From positions 1 to 25,881 of the forward strand of contig JBJFGS010000014.1 of the NCBI GenBank assembly GCA_051892935.1: 25,881 nt of DNA, written 5' to 3'. The notes under the pieces were generated by a model that saw only the letters and a program-made list of their open reading frames with translations, was not told the origin of the DNA and did no database searches. Every line of letters starts with the position of its first letter. The stretch's first letter is position 1. Source of the DNA: Candidatus Coprovivens sp. GTDB taxonomy: Bacteria > Bacillota_I > Bacilli_A > RF39 > UBA660. This document shows, piece by piece, positions 24,370 to 25,881 of this stretch. The position numbers and the translations under genes were made by a program.

Positions 24370-25881
24370 TTATATTTTATAAAATAATTTACATTTTTTT
24401 AATTTAAACATAATAATTAAAGCAAATAAAATCAAAGACGAAATAGCTAATAAAGGTATAAACGATCCTGTATTAGGATTCTTTAATTCAAATTCAACTT
24501 CAATTAAAATATCTTCAGTAACGTTTTTAAAACCATCTAAAACCATATATTCTTCATTTGTAACATCAATATTCTCTCCGTTTACTCTTATATAAGTTAT
24601 AGCATAATCATCTGCTGCCCTAATAACAACACTATTGGAATTACCATTATACTCAATTTCTTCACCGCCAGTAATTTCTCCATTTCCAGAAATAATCTTA
24701 GTCTTAATAGATACAACATTTTTCTTATAATAATAAATAAATTCTTGAATATCTGCACTAAATACACCTTGTTCCACATCAGGTTTTTTTACTAATACAT
24801 AATTATCTATATTTTTAGAAGAAATATCAAAAGAATCATCAATTAATCCAGTTACTTCAACATCATCACTTACTTTTGTTTCAGTACCATCAAGATAATA
24901 ATGTATAATAACTTTACCATATTTTTCATTAATCCATTGAGCTACATATGTAACAGAACCTATTACTTTATTACTAAGACTTGGGGACCATCCATCAAAT
25001 CTATAACCAGTTCTAGTTGGTTCTGCTATCTTAGGTAAATCCACACCATATTTTAATTTATAAATTAACTGTTCATTAGATGTTCCACCATTTAAATTAT
25101 AAACAACATCATATAAAATATCCTCACTATTAAACAATGCAGTATAAACAGCATCTCCAGTTACCATTTGAATAGTTGGACTCCACCCAGAAAAAGCATA
25201 AGTAAATTCAGCTGTTGCATCTCTAGTAGGAGTTTTTCCATCATAATTTGGAACTTCCCCATACTGAACATTTAAATCTTCTTCTAAAACTGTACCATCA
25301 TAATTTTTCCATAATATAGTATATGTTTTTGCATTACATACTGCATACAATGTTGTTGTACCTGTTATTGCACTTGTTGATGCACCACTTGCATATACAA
25401 CACTTCCACTTGATGATGTCGCCCATCCACATGTATATCCAGTTTTTGTTACTGTTGCTAGGGTATCTGTGTTCTTACTCCATTGTGCATAAATCGTTGT
25501 ATTCGAACTTCCCATTGTTGTAGTTGTACTTACTTTTGTTCCTCCTGTTGTTGCTGTGTACCAACCATTTAATGTCCATGTTGATGTTCCTGTTGTTGAA
25601 CTTAAAGTTGCACTTGTTCCATTTACATTATAAGTTATATTAACACTTCTAGATGCACTTGGTAAAGTTCCATACGAAGATCCATAGTTTACTTTTTTAG
25701 TTGCAGTACTTCCAGTTCCAGTCCAACCTGTAGTAGTTGTAATACTTCCACCATTTGAGTTAGCAGTTAACGTATATTCATTTGCAGTACATACCGCATA
25801 CAATGTGGTTGTACTTGTTATTGCATTTGTTGATGCACCACTTGCATATACAACACTTCCACTTGATGATGTCGCCCATCC
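24370..25881 (-). CDS. Large repeat-rich cell-surface protein, C-terminal part (InlB B-repeat/Listeria-Bacteroides repeats, MucBP-like domain, NPNTG anchor)
   Basis: The frame is open to the window edge, so the track's TTG 25803 is an internal Leu. Repeats of type YxLNGG...PTRTGYxFxGW...YxAQW, a MucBP-like KVIIHY...IDNYVL...YYYKK segment, and NPNTG + TM + KK tail. Confidence 0.85.
   Translation of the reverse strand, partial: GWATSSSGSVVYASGASTNAITSTTTLYAVCTANEYTLTANSNGGSITTTTGWTGTGSTATKKVNYGSSYGTLPSASRSVNITYNVNGTSATLSSTTGTSTWTLNGWYTATTGGTKVSTTTTMGSSNTTIYAQWSKNTDTLATVTKTGYTCGWATSSSGSVVYASGASTSAITGTTTLYAVCNAKTYTILWKNYDGTVLEEDLNVQYGEVPNYDGKTPTRDATAEFTYAFSGWSPTIQMVTGDAVYTALFNSEDILYDVVYNLNGGTSNEQLIYKLKYGVDLPKIAEPTRTGYRFDGWSPSLSNKVIGSVTYVAQWINEKYGKVIIHYYLDGTETKVSDDVEVTGLIDDSFDISSKNIDNYVLVKKPDVEQGVFSADIQEFIYYYKKNVVSIKTKIISGNGEITGGEEIEYNGNSNSVVIRAADDYAITYIRVNGENIDVTNEEYMVLDGFKNVTEDILIEVEFELKNPNTGSFIPLLAISSLILFALIIMFKLKKCKLFYKI
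25335..25881. repeat. Intragenic direct repeat with 453-bp (151-codon) period
   Basis: 25335-25428 matches 25788-25881 with 4 mismatches in 94 nt; the second copy is cut by the window edge. Confidence 0.9.

Noticed and set aside
24597-25523. ORFs 24597-24779 (-) and 25323-25523 (+)
   Set aside because: Alternate-frame or antisense ORFs inside the surface protein gene.
25335-25881. 453-bp-period repeat as a DGR template/variable pair or CRISPR array
   Set aside because: Both copies are in frame within one CDS, there is no reverse transcriptase or cas gene in the window, and there is no repeat-spacer pattern.

Overview
Very AT-rich core-genome region of a low-GC Bacillota (Bacilli) chromosome read with genetic code 11 (TGA is used as stop, e.g. 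ftsA). Gene content and style suggest a streamlined uncultured lineage such as RF39, but this is inference. Four conserved Bacilli gene blocks sit side by side, mostly on the minus strand: [ftsA-ftsZ-spoIIGA-sigE], [rlmN-prpC-prkC-rsgA-rpe], [cca-dnaD-nth / recU-ponA (+) / gpsB-rnpB] and [rodZ-pgsA-recA-rny]. Orphan genes lie between or within the blocks: a 912-aa protein, a 93-aa mini surface-like protein, a 246-aa membrane protein, a zinc-ribbon membrane protein and a partial repeat-rich NPxTG surface protein. The ORF track misses rny (partial), the RNase P RNA, a 33-aa ORF with a strong RBS, and a start-less 90-codon frame directly behind ponA. That frame is reachable by a -1 shift at GGAGGT-C-GCC-CCG-TAA and would add a Cys-containing Ig-like domain to PBP1A. 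This candidate recoding site is the most interesting signal in the window, but a 1-bp mutation or assembly error cannot be excluded from sequence alone. No CRISPR array, tRNA, rRNA, transposase or integrase was seen.
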